A stretch of DNA of 64,000 bases from an uncultured bacterium (GCA_963801165.1 CAWDDT010000006.1:320001-384000), one strand, 5' to 3'; shown: positions 44,156 to 57,056, counted from the stretch's first letter. Numbers and translations: made by a program. The notes: generated from the letters alone by a model not told the origin.

Positions 44156-44925
44156 CAGTTGCTCCACTCGCTCTGTGGCTGGCCCACGTCGAAGCCGGCT
44201 GTGTTCTTGCTCACGACCTGTATGGGCGCATCGCGGTGCTCCTGAGTGACGCTGACTACACCCCAGCGCGCCAGTTCGAGCAGCGCCAGGAAGTAGGCGA
44301 TGACATCCATCGACCGCTCACAGTGCGCAACGAGCTCGTCGAACCCGGTCTCGATCAGCGCCGCCACCCGGATCCGAACATCTGCGATTGCCTCACTCAC
44401 CGAAGGTAGATCTAGATCGAGGTGGTCGAGGTCCGGCTCGTCGCCTGCGACCTCGAACGCCCGCTCGGCGATCTCGTGAAACGCGGCGAGATCGACACCA
44501 AGCCTGACCTCAGGCTGGACGGGCGTGATGTCGGGATCTAGCCCGGCCAGGCGCGGCAGGAACCGGGCGTTGCCCTCGAAGCGGTGCGCCAGCACGGCGG
44601 CGACGTCCTTGAAAGTCAGACACGCCAGCAGACGGGAGAGCAAACGGTCCCGCTCCTCGGCGAGTGCCAGCTCGTCGTCGATGTCGATGGCACGATCGTC
44701 CGGCAGCAGATGGCGCGCCTTGAGCTGGATCAGCGTCGCTGCGATGAGCAGGAACTCGCTCGCCACCTCCATGTCCATCTCCCCCATGACGTCGAGGTGG
44801 TGGAGGTACTCCCCGACCAGGTCGACGAGGCTCAGCTCGGTGATCTCGACCTGATGCGACGTGATCAGCTGCAGCAGCAGATCGAGGGGTCCCTCGAAGA
44901 CCCGCGTCTTTACTTCGTAGCTCAT
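44155..44925 (-). CDS. scpA: Segregation/condensation protein A
   Basis: FEGPLDLLL, SEFLLIAATL, FLALLEL. Confidence 0.95.
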   Translation of the reverse strand: MSYEVKTRVFEGPLDLLLQLITSHQVEITELSLVDLVGEYLHHLDVMGEMDMEVASEFLLIAATLIQLKARHLLPDDRAIDIDDELALAEERDRLLSRLLACLTFKDVAAVLAHRFEGNARFLPRLAGLDPDITPVQPEVRLGVDLAAFHEIAERAFEVAGDEPDLDHLDLDLPSVSEAIADVRIRVAALIETGFDELVAHCERSMDVIAYFLALLELARWGVVSVTQEHRDAPIQVVSKNTAGFDVGQPQSEWSN

Positions 44926-45476
44926 GGCTCCACCTCGGGGGGCATGCTATTACGAAGCGAGCCCGTTTCCGAGGTTTCCGGGGCCGGGCGCCGCGCTCCC
45001 CCGCCTGCGGCGTCGTCTGCGGCCACCAGGACGCTCCACACCCGGTCGTCGCCGGTGCGCCTGCCATCGGCAAAGGCGACGGCCAGCGGCCGCGCTCCTG
45101 CGGCCCTGAGATCGGCCGCTCCCAGCTCACCGTGATCCCTGTACAGCCGCCACCGTTCCGGCATGGGGAGATGGAGGAGAGAGCACACGGTGGCCAGCGA
45201 CCGGGTGACCGCACCGAGCATGCTGTGTGTCTTGCCGACATCGTGCAGCAACGCTGCTGCCACCGCGTCTTCGTTGCCGGGAAGCTCACTGCTCACCCGG
45301 AGCGCGACCTCGTAGGCGTGGCGCTGGTCGATCGGCTGCTGGCGGAAGAAAAGGCCGGCCTCAGCCGGCGTCAGTGCGTCTCTCACCTCATCCTGCTGAC
45401 GTGGACCGAGCGGTTTGCCGGTGACAACACCGAAGAAACGCATTGCCAGGTGCGACCAGTGACGAAGCGGGGTCAT
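44922..45476 (-). CDS. HD-domain protein
   Basis: DQRH...ALLHDVGK...HGELGA...AADD. Confidence 0.8.
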   Translation of the reverse strand: MTPLRHWSHLAMRFFGVVTGKPLGPRQQDEVRDALTPAEAGLFFRQQPIDQRHAYEVALRVSSELPGNEDAVAAALLHDVGKTHSMLGAVTRSLATVCSLLHLPMPERWRLYRDHGELGAADLRAAGARPLAVAFADGRRTGDDRVWSVLVAADDAAGGGARRPAPETSETGSLRNSMPPEVEP

Positions 45477-45485
45477 CGTCCCGGC

Positions 45486-45830
45486 TCAGTGGTTGCGCCG
45501 CGCCTTGCAGTCGATGCAATAGCGAGACGTGGGGCGAAACTCCATGCGGTCGGCGCCGATCTCCTTGCCACAGTTCTTACAGAGACCGTAGGTGCCCTCG
45601 TTGACCCGGGCCATGGCTTGATCGACATCGGCGAGGAGCTCGGTGAGGTTGTCGACGATCCCGAGCACCTCGCTGCGTTCGGCGGTGGCGGCGGCCGCGT
45701 CCGCAAAACCGTCGCCGTACTCGATGTCACCGGTCAACTCACCGGACTCGGTAGCCCCGAGGTCGGCAAGCTGTCGCACGAGCTTCTCGCGCTCTCTGTT
45801 CAAAGCCGCTATCGCGCCATCGTTGTTCAC
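45486..45830 (-). CDS. TraR/DksA C4 zinc-finger protein
   Basis: GTYGLCKNCGKEI...R...P...CIDC. Confidence 0.88.
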   Translation of the reverse strand: MNNDGAIAALNREREKLVRQLADLGATESGELTGDIEYGDGFADAAAATAERSEVLGIVDNLTELLADVDQAMARVNEGTYGLCKNCGKEIGADRMEFRPTSRYCIDCKARRNH

Positions 45831-45862
45831 GACAAACCTTCCGAACTTCCTGCTCGCCGCCG

Positions 45863-46762
45863 CTACCGGCCGCGTGGATGCGAGGTCACATAAACCTCGA
45901 ACAAGTGCTGAGGGGACACCCTCGTGTATACCTGCGTTGTGGAGATACTAGCGTGACCGAGCAATTCTTGGATTGTTCTCAAGTCGGCGCCGCCTTCGAC
46001 CATATGGGTTGCCGCCGAATGACGCAAGACGTGCGGTGACACGCTCTCCACCGGGATCCGGGCCCTCGCTGCCACCTTCTTGATGATCTGCCACACCGCC
46101 TGGCGGGTGAGCCGGCGTCCCCGGACACTTACGAACACGGCGCCCGGGTCGGTCCCCGAGCCGACCATTCGATGCCGCACCTGGTAGTAGCGCTCGATGG
46201 CCGCAACGGCGAACCCGCCCAGCGGAACGATCCGCTGTTTCGACCCCTTGCCGGTGACAAGAGCCGTAGCTTCCTCTAGGTCCACGTCCATCTGATCGAG
46301 ATCGACCGCCTCCGACACCCTCGCCCCGGTGGCGTAGAGGAACTCGAGCAGCGCGCAGTCTCGCAACGCCAGGTCGGTGTCGCCGGCGGCGGCTTCCAGC
46401 AGAGCCGTCACCTCCTCGACGCTGAGCGCCTTGGGAATGCTGTCCTTGCGCCGGGGTGAGTCGAGCAGCGTCGTAGGATCGGCTTTCACGTAGTCCTCTA
46501 TGACGAGGAACCGGTGCATCCCCCGGACGGAGGCGACCTTGCGGCTCACCGTCGCCTCGGCGGCACCCACGCCGCGCAGCGTGGCGACAAACCCGGTCAC
46601 CAACACGGCGTCGATGTCCTCGACGGCGGTCACCCCCGCACTCGCCAGGAAGTCCCGGTATTGGGTGAGGTCACGGCGATACGCTGCAATGCTGTTGGCA
46701 GCCAAACCCCTCTCCGTGATGAGCGCGGTCAGATACTCCTCAATGGCGGAGTCGAGGTTCAT
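45863..46762 (-). CDS. xerD: Tyrosine recombinase XerD
   Basis: ERGLAANSIAAYRRDL, LYATGARVSE, GKGSKQR, SPHVLRHSAATH, LLGHAS, TQVY. Confidence 0.93.
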   Translation of the reverse strand: MNLDSAIEEYLTALITERGLAANSIAAYRRDLTQYRDFLASAGVTAVEDIDAVLVTGFVATLRGVGAAEATVSRKVASVRGMHRFLVIEDYVKADPTTLLDSPRRKDSIPKALSVEEVTALLEAAAGDTDLALRDCALLEFLYATGARVSEAVDLDQMDVDLEEATALVTGKGSKQRIVPLGGFAVAAIERYYQVRHRMVGSGTDPGAVFVSVRGRRLTRQAVWQIIKKVAARARIPVESVSPHVLRHSAATHMVEGGADLRTIQELLGHASISTTQVYTRVSPQHLFEVYVTSHPRGR

Positions 46763-46782
46763 GGTTACCCTCGCTTGTGGAT

Positions 46783-49067
<2,285 letters not shown>

Positions 49068-50672
49068 CTATTTCCCGCGCTGTGCCGCGGCCAGCAACTC
49101 GGCTGCGTGGAGCTGCCCCCGCTCGCTGTCGGCGAGACCGCCGAGCATGCGGGACAGCTCGGCGAGACGTTCCTCGCCATCGACTTTGCGCACCGTGGCC
49201 TTGCTCGCAGAGCGCTCGACCACGTAGTGGGCATCGGCGTGAGCGGCCACCTGGGGCAGGTGGGTGACACAGAAGAGCTGTCGGCCCACCCCGAGCGCAG
49301 CCAGCTTCTCCCCCATTGCCAGTGCTGTGGCGCCCCCGATGCCTGCGTCGACCTCGTCAAAGGCAACGAGACCGGCGTCCCCGATGCCTGCGGCGAGACG
49401 GAGTGCCAGCGTGAGCCTGCTCAACTCACCACCCGAGGCAATGCGCGCGGCCGGCCCGGGCGTCAGCGAATCGTCGGAGGCGAACAGGAGCTGGATCTTG
49501 TCGGCGCCGTCCGGTCCCGGCTCGGCGGCGGCGAACTCAAACCGCACCGCCGGTGCCGGCATCCCCAGTTGGCGGAGATGTTCGACGGCGCGCTCCCCCA
49601 GCCGGTCGGCGGCCACACGGCGAGACTCGGTGAGGGAAGCGGCTGCACTCGCAGTGGTCGCGATGGCCTTCTCGAGCTTCACCCCCAACTCGTCTGCCGT
49701 CTCGAGCAGCTCGGTCAGCTCCCCCGCCCGCTGCCCCGCCCGCTCGCCGAAGTCGAGAACCTCGGCCAGGGTCTCGCCGTACTTGCGGCGCAGCTGGTTG
49801 AGAACCCGGATGCGATCCTCGATGGCGTCGAGCTCCCCCGGCTCGTGGTCGAGATCCGCGGCGCGCGACGCCAGGTCCAACCGAAGCTCGCTCAGCTCGT
49901 CACCGAGCGCCCGCACCTGCTCCGCCGACTCGGCGAGGCTTCCGTCGAGACGCGCCAGCCGGGTCAGCTCGGAGATGGCGCTTCCCAGCCTGTCCATGAC
50001 CCCGTCGTCGCCGAGGGCGTCGTTGACAGCTGCCAGGCCCTCCGCCAGATCCTCGGCGTTGCGCAAACGTGCGACGCGGATGGTCAGCTCCTCCTCGTCG
50101 TCGGGCTCGAACCCGGCATCGGTGATCTCCTCGGCCTGGAACCGCACCATCTCGAGCTCCCGCTCCAGCTCGCGTCTCCCCCCACCCAACAGCTCGAGCC
50201 GCTGGCGGATCAGCACCAGCTCGTCCCACGCCAGTCGGTAGGCGTCCTGCCGTTTCGTTCCCGCATCGTCGAGCGCCCCATCAACGAGTCGACGAGCCCC
50301 GCCGGGGCTGGTGAGCAGCATGTGATCGTGCTGACCCACCACCTCTATCGAATCCGTGGTGCGTTCTGCCAGGGCCCGGGCCGGCACCATCGCCCCGTCC
50401 ACGTATGCCTTGGAGCGGCCCTCTGCGGTTACACGCCGGCGCAGCGTGACCTCGTCCTCGCCCATCAGGAACCGGCCGTCGACAACGGCCTCATCGCCAA
50501 ACGGCCCGACCCATTCCCGCCGTCCCGTGGCTCCCATGAGAAGCCGCAAGGCGCCGAGCAGCATCGTCTTGCCGGCACCGGTCTCCCCGGTGACCACGAC
50601 GAGACCTTCCCCCGGCTCGAGGTGGGCGTGCTCGATGATCCCGAGGTTGGCGACGATCAGCTCGTCAAGCAT
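49068..50672 (-). CDS. recN: DNA repair protein RecN
   Basis: TGETGAGKT, ASGGELSR, FDEVDAGIGG, VTHLPQVA. Confidence 0.96.
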   Translation of the reverse strand: MLDELIVANLGIIEHAHLEPGEGLVVVTGETGAGKTMLLGALRLLMGATGRREWVGPFGDEAVVDGRFLMGEDEVTLRRRVTAEGRSKAYVDGAMVPARALAERTTDSIEVVGQHDHMLLTSPGGARRLVDGALDDAGTKRQDAYRLAWDELVLIRQRLELLGGGRRELERELEMVRFQAEEITDAGFEPDDEEELTIRVARLRNAEDLAEGLAAVNDALGDDGVMDRLGSAISELTRLARLDGSLAESAEQVRALGDELSELRLDLASRAADLDHEPGELDAIEDRIRVLNQLRRKYGETLAEVLDFGERAGQRAGELTELLETADELGVKLEKAIATTASAAASLTESRRVAADRLGERAVEHLRQLGMPAPAVRFEFAAAEPGPDGADKIQLLFASDDSLTPGPAARIASGGELSRLTLALRLAAGIGDAGLVAFDEVDAGIGGATALAMGEKLAALGVGRQLFCVTHLPQVAAHADAHYVVERSASKATVRKVDGEERLAELSRMLGGLADSERGQLHAAELLAAAQRGK

Positions 50673-51480
50673 GATCGAGCCCGAATTGGTGGCGGACCGC
50701 CTGGGGGAACGGGTGGATCCCCATGGTAAGGAAGCTCACATGCTGTTTCCCGGCCCGGACGACGACGCTCTCCCCCTCGTTGAGGACACCGCCCACGTGG
50801 CCATCGACGTTCACCCGTACCTGCCGTTCGGTGGCCACCGTGAAGCGGAACCTCGTGGCCTGGGTGAACACCATCGGACGATTCATCAGGCTGTGCGGCG
50901 CCACAGGGGTCATGATCATCACGTCGATGTCCGGGTCGACGATGGGGCCACCGGCGGACAGCGAGTAAGCCGTCGAGCCGAGCGGGGTGGCGACGATGAG
51001 CCCATCGGCACGGAAAGTGGTGAAGAACTCGTCGTTGACCTCGACGGAGACCCACACCAACCGCTGGCTGAGTACCTTCTCCATGACGATGTCGTTGATG
51101 CCGTGCAGCACCGCGCCATCCGGCATCTCGGCGGCCACGGTCATCCGGTCCTGGGTCCCCAGGTTGCCGGCCGCCAGCCGTTCCAGCATGTCATCGACGT
51201 TGGCGGGCTGCACCTCTGTCAGGTAGCCGACGGTGCCGAGGTTGATGCCGATTACCGGAACCGAGAGGTGGTGAGCCAGATGCGCGGCTCGCATCAGCGT
51301 CCCGTCACCGCCCACCCCGACAATCAGGTCGAGATCGCTCTCCCGGGTGGACGGGTCGCGGGTATCGAACACGGCAAAGCCCATGTCGCGAGCGGCTGCA
51401 CCGAAGCGCGTCACGACATCGGTCACGGCATCGCGCCCGGCCAGGGCGACTATCCCGAGGTTCCTGGGTATGTCACTCAT
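50665..51480 (-). CDS. nadK: NAD(+) kinase
   Basis: GGDGT, GINLGTVGYL, DGLIVATPLGSTAYSLSAGGP. Confidence 0.94.
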   Translation of the reverse strand: MSDIPRNLGIVALAGRDAVTDVVTRFGAAARDMGFAVFDTRDPSTRESDLDLIVGVGGDGTLMRAAHLAHHLSVPVIGINLGTVGYLTEVQPANVDDMLERLAAGNLGTQDRMTVAAEMPDGAVLHGINDIVMEKVLSQRLVWVSVEVNDEFFTTFRADGLIVATPLGSTAYSLSAGGPIVDPDIDVMIMTPVAPHSLMNRPMVFTQATRFRFTVATERQVRVNVDGHVGGVLNEGESVVVRAGKQHVSFLTMGIHPFPQAVRHQFGLDHA

Positions 51481-52255
51481 CAGCCAGAACCTTATACGCC
51501 TCCACAGACACTATTGGTGTTCCCTCCCGACGCAGCCACAGCAGCGCCTCCAGGTTGCCCGAGCCACCCGGCAGCGAAGACCGTATCGCCCCCACGGTCA
51601 CCAGACCACAGGCGTCGAAAGCCTCGATGACGTTGCCCATCGCCATACCCCGGGCGGCGGCCCTGCGCACCACACCGTCCTTGCTCAGGTTCTCCCGCCC
51701 GACTTCGAATTGCGGCTTCACCAGGACGACCCAGTCGGCGTCTCCTCCCCCGAGACGCTCCAGGTCCGGGGCGACGATACCGAGCGAGATGAAGGACAGA
51801 TCGACGGTGACGACGTCGAAGGGACCGCCGAGGCGGGCAACGTCGACGTCGCGAACGTTCGTGCCTTCGTGCACCTCGACCCGGGGATCGTCACGGAGCC
51901 GGGGATGCAACTGGTCCCTACCGACATCGAGCGCAACCACCGAGTCGGCACCAGCCTCCAGGAGCACCTGGCTGAAACCGCCCGTCGACGAGCCGACGTC
52001 GACGGCGTGGCGCCCGGACACAACGACTCCGAAATGCTCGAGGGCGGCCGCCAGCTTGTGGGCCCCCCGGCCTACGTAGTCCCCGGTCTCTTCAGCAACG
52101 CTGATCACTGTATCGGCCGTGACCCCGAGCGCGGGCCGGGTCGCCACGGCACCGTCCACCCAGACAAACCCGGCGATGACCGCATTGCGGGCGGCGCTGC
52201 GCGACGGGAAGCAGCAGCGTCGCACCAGCTCCCGATCGAGCCGCATCCGGCTCAT
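51473..52255 (-). CDS. tlyA: TlyA-family rRNA methyltransferase
   Basis: RLDRELV, YVGRGAHKL, DVGSSTGGF, DLSFISL, LVKPQFE, GNLE. Confidence 0.93.
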   Translation of the reverse strand: MSRMRLDRELVRRCCFPSRSAARNAVIAGFVWVDGAVATRPALGVTADTVISVAEETGDYVGRGAHKLAAALEHFGVVVSGRHAVDVGSSTGGFSQVLLEAGADSVVALDVGRDQLHPRLRDDPRVEVHEGTNVRDVDVARLGGPFDVVTVDLSFISLGIVAPDLERLGGGDADWVVLVKPQFEVGRENLSKDGVVRRAAARGMAMGNVIEAFDACGLVTVGAIRSSLPGGSGNLEALLWLRREGTPIVSVEAYKVLADE

Positions 52256-52467
52256 GTGTCGGTGCTCGCCCCCAGGTCTGCCTGCATCTGCTCGGGCTCC
52301 CGTGGCGCGACCCCGGCCTTTTCGAGGTCGTCCTCCAGCGCTGCGGCATATCGTTCGGCAGCTTGCGGTGCCTGCGCCGGATCGAGGGCACCCAGCTCGG
52401 CGACGGGATCAGACAAATCCTTCGCAGCCGTCCGGTCTTCTTCGTTCACTGATTGCGTATCATCCAT
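52252..52467 (-). CDS. Small hypothetical protein upstream of tlyA
   Basis: Acidic ORF with an ATGA overlap onto tlyA; start uncertain. Confidence 0.5.
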   Translation of the reverse strand: MDDTQSVNEEDRTAAKDLSDPVAELGALDPAQAPQAAERYAAALEDDLEKAGVAPREPEQMQADLGASTDT

Positions 52468-52505
52468 TGCAGCATTATCACGCGTCACGACCGGAAGGGC
52501 GGACT

Positions 52506-53249
52506 TTGTTTCCGATCCGAGATCTGAACCCCACCCGGATCTTCCCGGTGATGACCATTGCGTTCATTCTCATCAACGTCGGCGTCTACTTCGTGTGGCA
52601 GCCCCACAACAACGTCAACCAGGAAACCGAGTTCCTGTACCGCAACGCCGCTATCGCCTGCGAGATCACCACGGGAGACCCGCTCAGCGAGATCGAGATC
52701 ACGACCCAGCAGTGCAACAACGACCAGGCATCGCCGGTGTTTCCGGACAAGAACGTGTGGCTGGCGGTGGCAGCTTCGATGTTCCTGCACGGCGGTATCG
52801 CCCATCTCCTGTTCAACATGTGGTTCCTGTGGATCTTCGGGAACAACGTCGAGGAGGCGTACGGGACAGTCGGCTACCTGCTGATGTACCTCGTAGCAGG
52901 GCTCGGCGCCACTGCCGCCTTTGTGCTCGCCAACCCGAACGCAACCGAACCGATGATCGGCGCCTCCGGAGCCATCGCCGGTGTTCTTGGCGCCTACTTC
53001 GTGCTGTTCCCGCGCAATCGCGTCCTCAGCCTGCTCTTCTTCTTCTTCGTCCAGGTCCCTGCCTGGTTGTACCTGGCCCTCTGGTTCGGTCTCCAGTTCG
53101 TCGGCCAGGATCCCGGGGTCGCCTGGGAAGCACACGTCGGCGGGTTCCTGGTTGGGGTCGCGCTCACCCTGGTGCTGCGACCCGTGTTGATAGCACGTGT
53201 CCGCCGTCTCCATCAACCCGTGATCGGGTACAGCACTCCCTACCGCTGA
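52506..53249 (+). CDS. Rhomboid-family intramembrane serine protease
   Basis: SMFLHGGIAHLLFNM, FGNNVE, GASGAIAG, AHVGGF. Confidence 0.93.
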   Translation: MFPIRDLNPTRIFPVMTIAFILINVGVYFVWQPHNNVNQETEFLYRNAAIACEITTGDPLSEIEITTQQCNNDQASPVFPDKNVWLAVAASMFLHGGIAHLLFNMWFLWIFGNNVEEAYGTVGYLLMYLVAGLGATAAFVLANPNATEPMIGASGAIAGVLGAYFVLFPRNRVLSLLFFFFVQVPAWLYLALWFGLQFVGQDPGVAWEAHVGGFLVGVALTLVLRPVLIARVRRLHQPVIGYSTPYR

Positions 53250-53260
53250 CAGACCGGACG

Positions 53261-54052
53261 CTATATACCGAGAACGTCGGGCAACTCGGCGATCGACCCC
53301 ACGACGACGTCGGGCTCGAGGTCGGCCGGAATGCTCGCCGGGTCCGAGATGACCCCCGTCAGCGGGAGCACCGTCGGCCACCCCTCGGCTTTGCCGAGAG
53401 CGATATCGGTTTCGGGCCGGTCACCGACCACCAACCGATGCGTCCCGCCGCGCCGCGAGATTGCCTGGCGCATCGGGGGATGCGGCTTGCCGCACACCAC
53501 GGGCTCACACCCGGTCGTCGTCACCAGTGCCGCCACCAGCGCCCCGGCACCGGGATACAGCCCATCGGGCCGGGGAAACGAGGCGTCGCTGTTGGTGGCA
53601 TAGAAGACCGCGCCGTTCTGGATCGCCAGGCCCGCCTCAGCCAGGTCGTCATAGGTGACGCCGGGATCCAACCCGGCGACGACAGCATCCGCCTCTCTCC
53701 AGTCGAGAGTCACGGCCACGCCTCGCTCCCTGAGGGTGTCGCGCAGCCCGTCGGTGCCCACCACGTAGACCCGGGTCACCACACCGGCTATCAGCTCGGC
53801 AGTGGCCGCACCCGACGTCACGACACCGTCCGGCCCGGCATCAAACCCGACCACGTCGCTCACCAGTTTGCGGACGACGTCTGGTCGCCGGCTCGAGTTG
53901 TTGGTGGCCAGGATGATCTGCACCCCGGCGGCCCGGAGCCGGGACAGCGCATCTGCAGAATCGGGCACAGCCTCACGGCCGAGGAGTATCACCCCGTCGA
54001 TGTCGCAGATAACGGTGTCGATCGGCCCGTACCCGTCCAGCCGCGGCGTCAT
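53261..54052 (-). CDS. HAD-IIA (NagD-like) hydrolase
   Basis: DIDGV, TNNS, ATNSD, GKP, VGDRPETDI, LTGV. Confidence 0.92.
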   Translation of the reverse strand: MTPRLDGYGPIDTVICDIDGVILLGREAVPDSADALSRLRAAGVQIILATNNSSRRPDVVRKLVSDVVGFDAGPDGVVTSGAATAELIAGVVTRVYVVGTDGLRDTLRERGVAVTLDWREADAVVAGLDPGVTYDDLAEAGLAIQNGAVFYATNSDASFPRPDGLYPGAGALVAALVTTTGCEPVVCGKPHPPMRQAISRRGGTHRLVVGDRPETDIALGKAEGWPTVLPLTGVISDPASIPADLEPDVVVGSIAELPDVLGI

Positions 54053-55383
54053 CTCGTTTCATCCGTGTTCACCCCGAAGTGCCTGACAACAGCCGCCAGC
54101 ATCTGCTCGGTGAGCCCGACGCTGGTGACACCGACGCGCTCGTCGTTGCCGTGGAACATGGAAAGCGCCTCCGCAAAGCGCATGTCCTCCTCGAAGAGTC
54201 CGACGCCGTAGCAGGTCACGCCGCGGTGCCGGAAGAACCGCCCGTCGGTGAGCACCGGCGTCAGCATCGGTACCAGCCGTGCCGGTCCGGCCAGCTCGTC
54301 GGCGGCGGCCCCGATCGCATCCCACAACGGCCCGCTCGGTGCCGATTCGTTTGCGGGGAAGTCCAGGTCATCGATGATCTCGATTCGGTCGTACAGAGCA
54401 GGGCCGAGCGCCTTGCGGAACATGTCGTCCAACGTGGTCTGATCCTGCCCCGGGGTGAGACGCACATCGAGACTCGCCGAGCCGAGATCCGGGATGGTGT
54501 TCTGCTTCTCTCCCGAGTGCATCAGAGTGGGGGCCACCGTCAGGTGCGTGCAGGCATGCACCCACCGGGCGAAGGCGGGGTCGTCCAGCTCCTCGATGGC
54601 CGCATCGAGCAGGTCCGGATCGGTCAACCGAATCACCAACTCGTCGGGCAGCCCGATGGAGGTGATGAACTCGATCCAGCCGGGCGAAATGTCCACCGGC
54701 GCCGGCGTCCCGGCCAGCCTGGTGATCGCCTCGGCCATGCCAACCAGCGCATTGTCCGTACCGTACGGCTGGCTCCCGTGACCGGGGGTACCGCCGAGCC
54801 GAAGCGAGCGCCACGCCGGACCTTTCTCGGCCACCGTCACAGGCAACGTCAACCCGGTCTCAGTGCGAAAACCGGGGGTGGCGACCTCGGTCAACAGGTA
54901 GTCACAGGCGACCAGATCCCAGTGCTCCGCGACGAGGTGCCCGGCACCGTACTTCCCGCCGGCCTCCTCGTCGGCGACCGCGGCAAAGATCAGATCACCG
55001 GGCAGCGGCGGAAGCTCCCCAGTCAGATACCGACGGAATACAGCGGCCATCGCCGCCGTCAGGTTCAGCATGTCGACGGCACCCCGGCCCCAAACGAACC
55101 CGTCGATGATCTCGGCCCCGAACGGGTCGTGACGCCAGCTCGCCTCCGTGACGGGCACAACGTCGAGGTGGGGCAAAAGAGCCAACGCGGGGGCGTCACG
55201 GTCACGACCCGGCACTCGATACACCACGTTCTGGCGCCCCGGATGCGGTTCGACGATCTCACCTGCCACACCGAAGAAGTCGATCAGCGTCGCTACCGAG
55301 CGGTGCTCGAACCCTGAGTCGGCCGTGCCGTCGTTGACGCAGCGATTGCGGATCAGCTGCTGGAGAAGGGAGACGGTTGTCAT
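54049..55383 (-). CDS. M20/M25/M40-family metallopeptidase
   Basis: HLDVVP, GRGAVDM, ADEEAGG, GHGS, TDGRFF, HGNDER. Confidence 0.92.
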   Translation of the reverse strand: MTTVSLLQQLIRNRCVNDGTADSGFEHRSVATLIDFFGVAGEIVEPHPGRQNVVYRVPGRDRDAPALALLPHLDVVPVTEASWRHDPFGAEIIDGFVWGRGAVDMLNLTAAMAAVFRRYLTGELPPLPGDLIFAAVADEEAGGKYGAGHLVAEHWDLVACDYLLTEVATPGFRTETGLTLPVTVAEKGPAWRSLRLGGTPGHGSQPYGTDNALVGMAEAITRLAGTPAPVDISPGWIEFITSIGLPDELVIRLTDPDLLDAAIEELDDPAFARWVHACTHLTVAPTLMHSGEKQNTIPDLGSASLDVRLTPGQDQTTLDDMFRKALGPALYDRIEIIDDLDFPANESAPSGPLWDAIGAAADELAGPARLVPMLTPVLTDGRFFRHRGVTCYGVGLFEEDMRFAEALSMFHGNDERVGVTSVGLTEQMLAAVVRHFGVNTDETR

Positions 55384-55853
55384 CGGTCGTGACGGTACAT
55401 CGTTATCCGCCGGGCCGTGAACCCGGCCGCTTCGAAGAAGTTCTTGGCGAGACGATGACCGGGCGAGACGATGGCGTCGAAGCGGCTCAGCCCTCGGCAG
55501 CGGAACCACGCCATCAAGCCGGCCAGCATTGCCTCACCAACCCCGACCATACGTGCGTCCTCTTCGACGTAGATCATCCGCACCACCCCGATCTCCTCGC
55601 CTCCGGCTTGAGGCAGCAGCGGCTCGACGGTACCCAGGGCGAAACCAAAAACAATATCGTCGATCGTTCCCACCACAAGATGAGCGTTGCGGTCATCGAG
55701 GAGACGGTGCAGCGTCTCCAGCGGTGGTTCGGCCAACCCGTCGGCCAGCGCCCAGGCCTCGCGCAGCGATACCTGCTCGTCCGCTGCGGGACCATAGAGC
55801 TCGGCGACCCGAACCAGGTCGTCGCCGGTCGCCGGCCTTTGGTCGATCTCCAT
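55380..55853 (-). CDS. GNAT-family N-acetyltransferase
   Basis: IYVEEDARMVGVGEAML...KNFFEAAGF. Confidence 0.85.
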   Translation of the reverse strand: MEIDQRPATGDDLVRVAELYGPAADEQVSLREAWALADGLAEPPLETLHRLLDDRNAHLVVGTIDDIVFGFALGTVEPLLPQAGGEEIGVVRMIYVEEDARMVGVGEAMLAGLMAWFRCRGLSRFDAIVSPGHRLAKNFFEAAGFTARRITMYRHDR

Positions 55854-55888
55854 GTCCGCTCCCTCTAGCTGGCCTGCCGGGGAGGACA

Positions 55889-56608
55889 CTACCCCTTCGA
55901 TCTGAACAGACTCCTGAGCCCCCATTTGGTCACGAGCAGCATCGCCTCGACAGCGATACGACTGCCCATCTTCGACGTGCCCCTGGCGCGGTCACGGAAA
56001 ACGATCGGGACCTCGCGGATATCGAACCCGCGCTGCGCCGCCCGCCACGCCAGCTCGACCTGGAACCCGTAGCCCGACGCCTCGCACCGGGCAAAATCGA
56101 GCTTGCGCAACGCATCGGCGCGGAACGCCCGAAAGCCTGCCGTCATGTCGTTGACACCGGAACGCAGCATCGCCCGGGCATAGAGGTTGCCACCCCGCGA
56201 CAACCAGCGGCGATGCCACGGCCAGTTCTCGACACCTCCGCCCGCGACGTACCGGCTGCCGATGGCAAGGTCCGCACCGTTCCCGACCGCATCGATCAGC
56301 CGGGGCAGATCCGCCGGGTTGTGCGAGAAATCGGCGTCCATCTCGCAGATCACTTCCGCACCATGGGCGAGGGCATATTCAAACCCCGCCGCATATGCGG
56401 GACCCAGACCCGCCTTCTCAGCCCGGTGCAACACCGCAATGCCCGGATCAGCTTCGGCGAGCTTGTCGGCGATCTCACCGGTCCCATCGGGGGACCCGTC
56501 GTCGACTACCAGCAGCCGGAGGCCCAGGTCACGAACCGCAGCCGCAATAAGGGCGATGTTCTCTGCTTCGTTATACGTGGGAACGACTACGACTGTGTCA
56601 GTCCGCAC
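55889..56608 (-). CDS. Polyprenol monophosphomannose synthase (GT2)
   Basis: VPTYNEAENI, VDDGSPDGT, EMDADFSH, GSRY, GYGFQVE. Confidence 0.9.
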   Translation of the reverse strand: MRTDTVVVVPTYNEAENIALIAAAVRDLGLRLLVVDDGSPDGTGEIADKLAEADPGIAVLHRAEKAGLGPAYAAGFEYALAHGAEVICEMDADFSHNPADLPRLIDAVGNGADLAIGSRYVAGGGVENWPWHRRWLSRGGNLYARAMLRSGVNDMTAGFRAFRADALRKLDFARCEASGYGFQVELAWRAAQRGFDIREVPIVFRDRARGTSKMGSRIAVEAMLLVTKWGLRSLFRSKG

Positions 56609-57056
56609 AGTCGAGGCAGATTCGCTTGCGTTTGTTCGCCAGCTGCGAGGTCTTCTTCACCAGGTAGCAAGACGTGCAGACAAACTCGTTGGCGCCGGCG
56701 CCGCCGGCTTCGCTCGCTTCGATCGAGATCTGAGCGCGCCGGATGTCACGCAGCTGTTTCGCCTCGTCGGCCTCGATCGTCTCGGATGCCTCGTCCTCGG
56801 TGAGCATCTCGAGCTCTTCGGCCTCGAGGTCGTCGAGCGCCTCGGTGTCCTCGTCGTCATCCGGCACACCGGGCTCGTCGTCCTCATCATCGTCATCGTC
56901 GGCGACGAGGCTTTCGTCGTCGAGGAGGACATCATCTTCATCCACGGCGTCGTCGTCGAAGATCTCGTCCGGCACGTCCTCTTCGAGATCATCCGGCATC
57001 TCATCTTCGAGATCATCCGGCAACTCGTCTTCGATATCCATCTCGTTGGTAGACAT
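56598..57056 (-). CDS. DUF4193-family acidic protein
   Basis: Asp/Glu-rich N-terminus and C-terminal EFVCTSCYLV...SQLA...CLDC. Confidence 0.8.
   Translation of the reverse strand: MSTNEMDIEDELPDDLEDEMPDDLEEDVPDEIFDDDAVDEDDVLLDDESLVADDDDDEDDEPGVPDDDEDTEALDDLEAEELEMLTEDEASETIEADEAKQLRDIRRAQISIEASEAGGAGANEFVCTSCYLVKKTSQLANKRKRICLDCAD

Noticed and set aside
45863-46762. Second mobile-element integrase
   Set aside because: It is XerD in its usual pyrG-NUDIX-xerD-scpAB context, with no att repeats.
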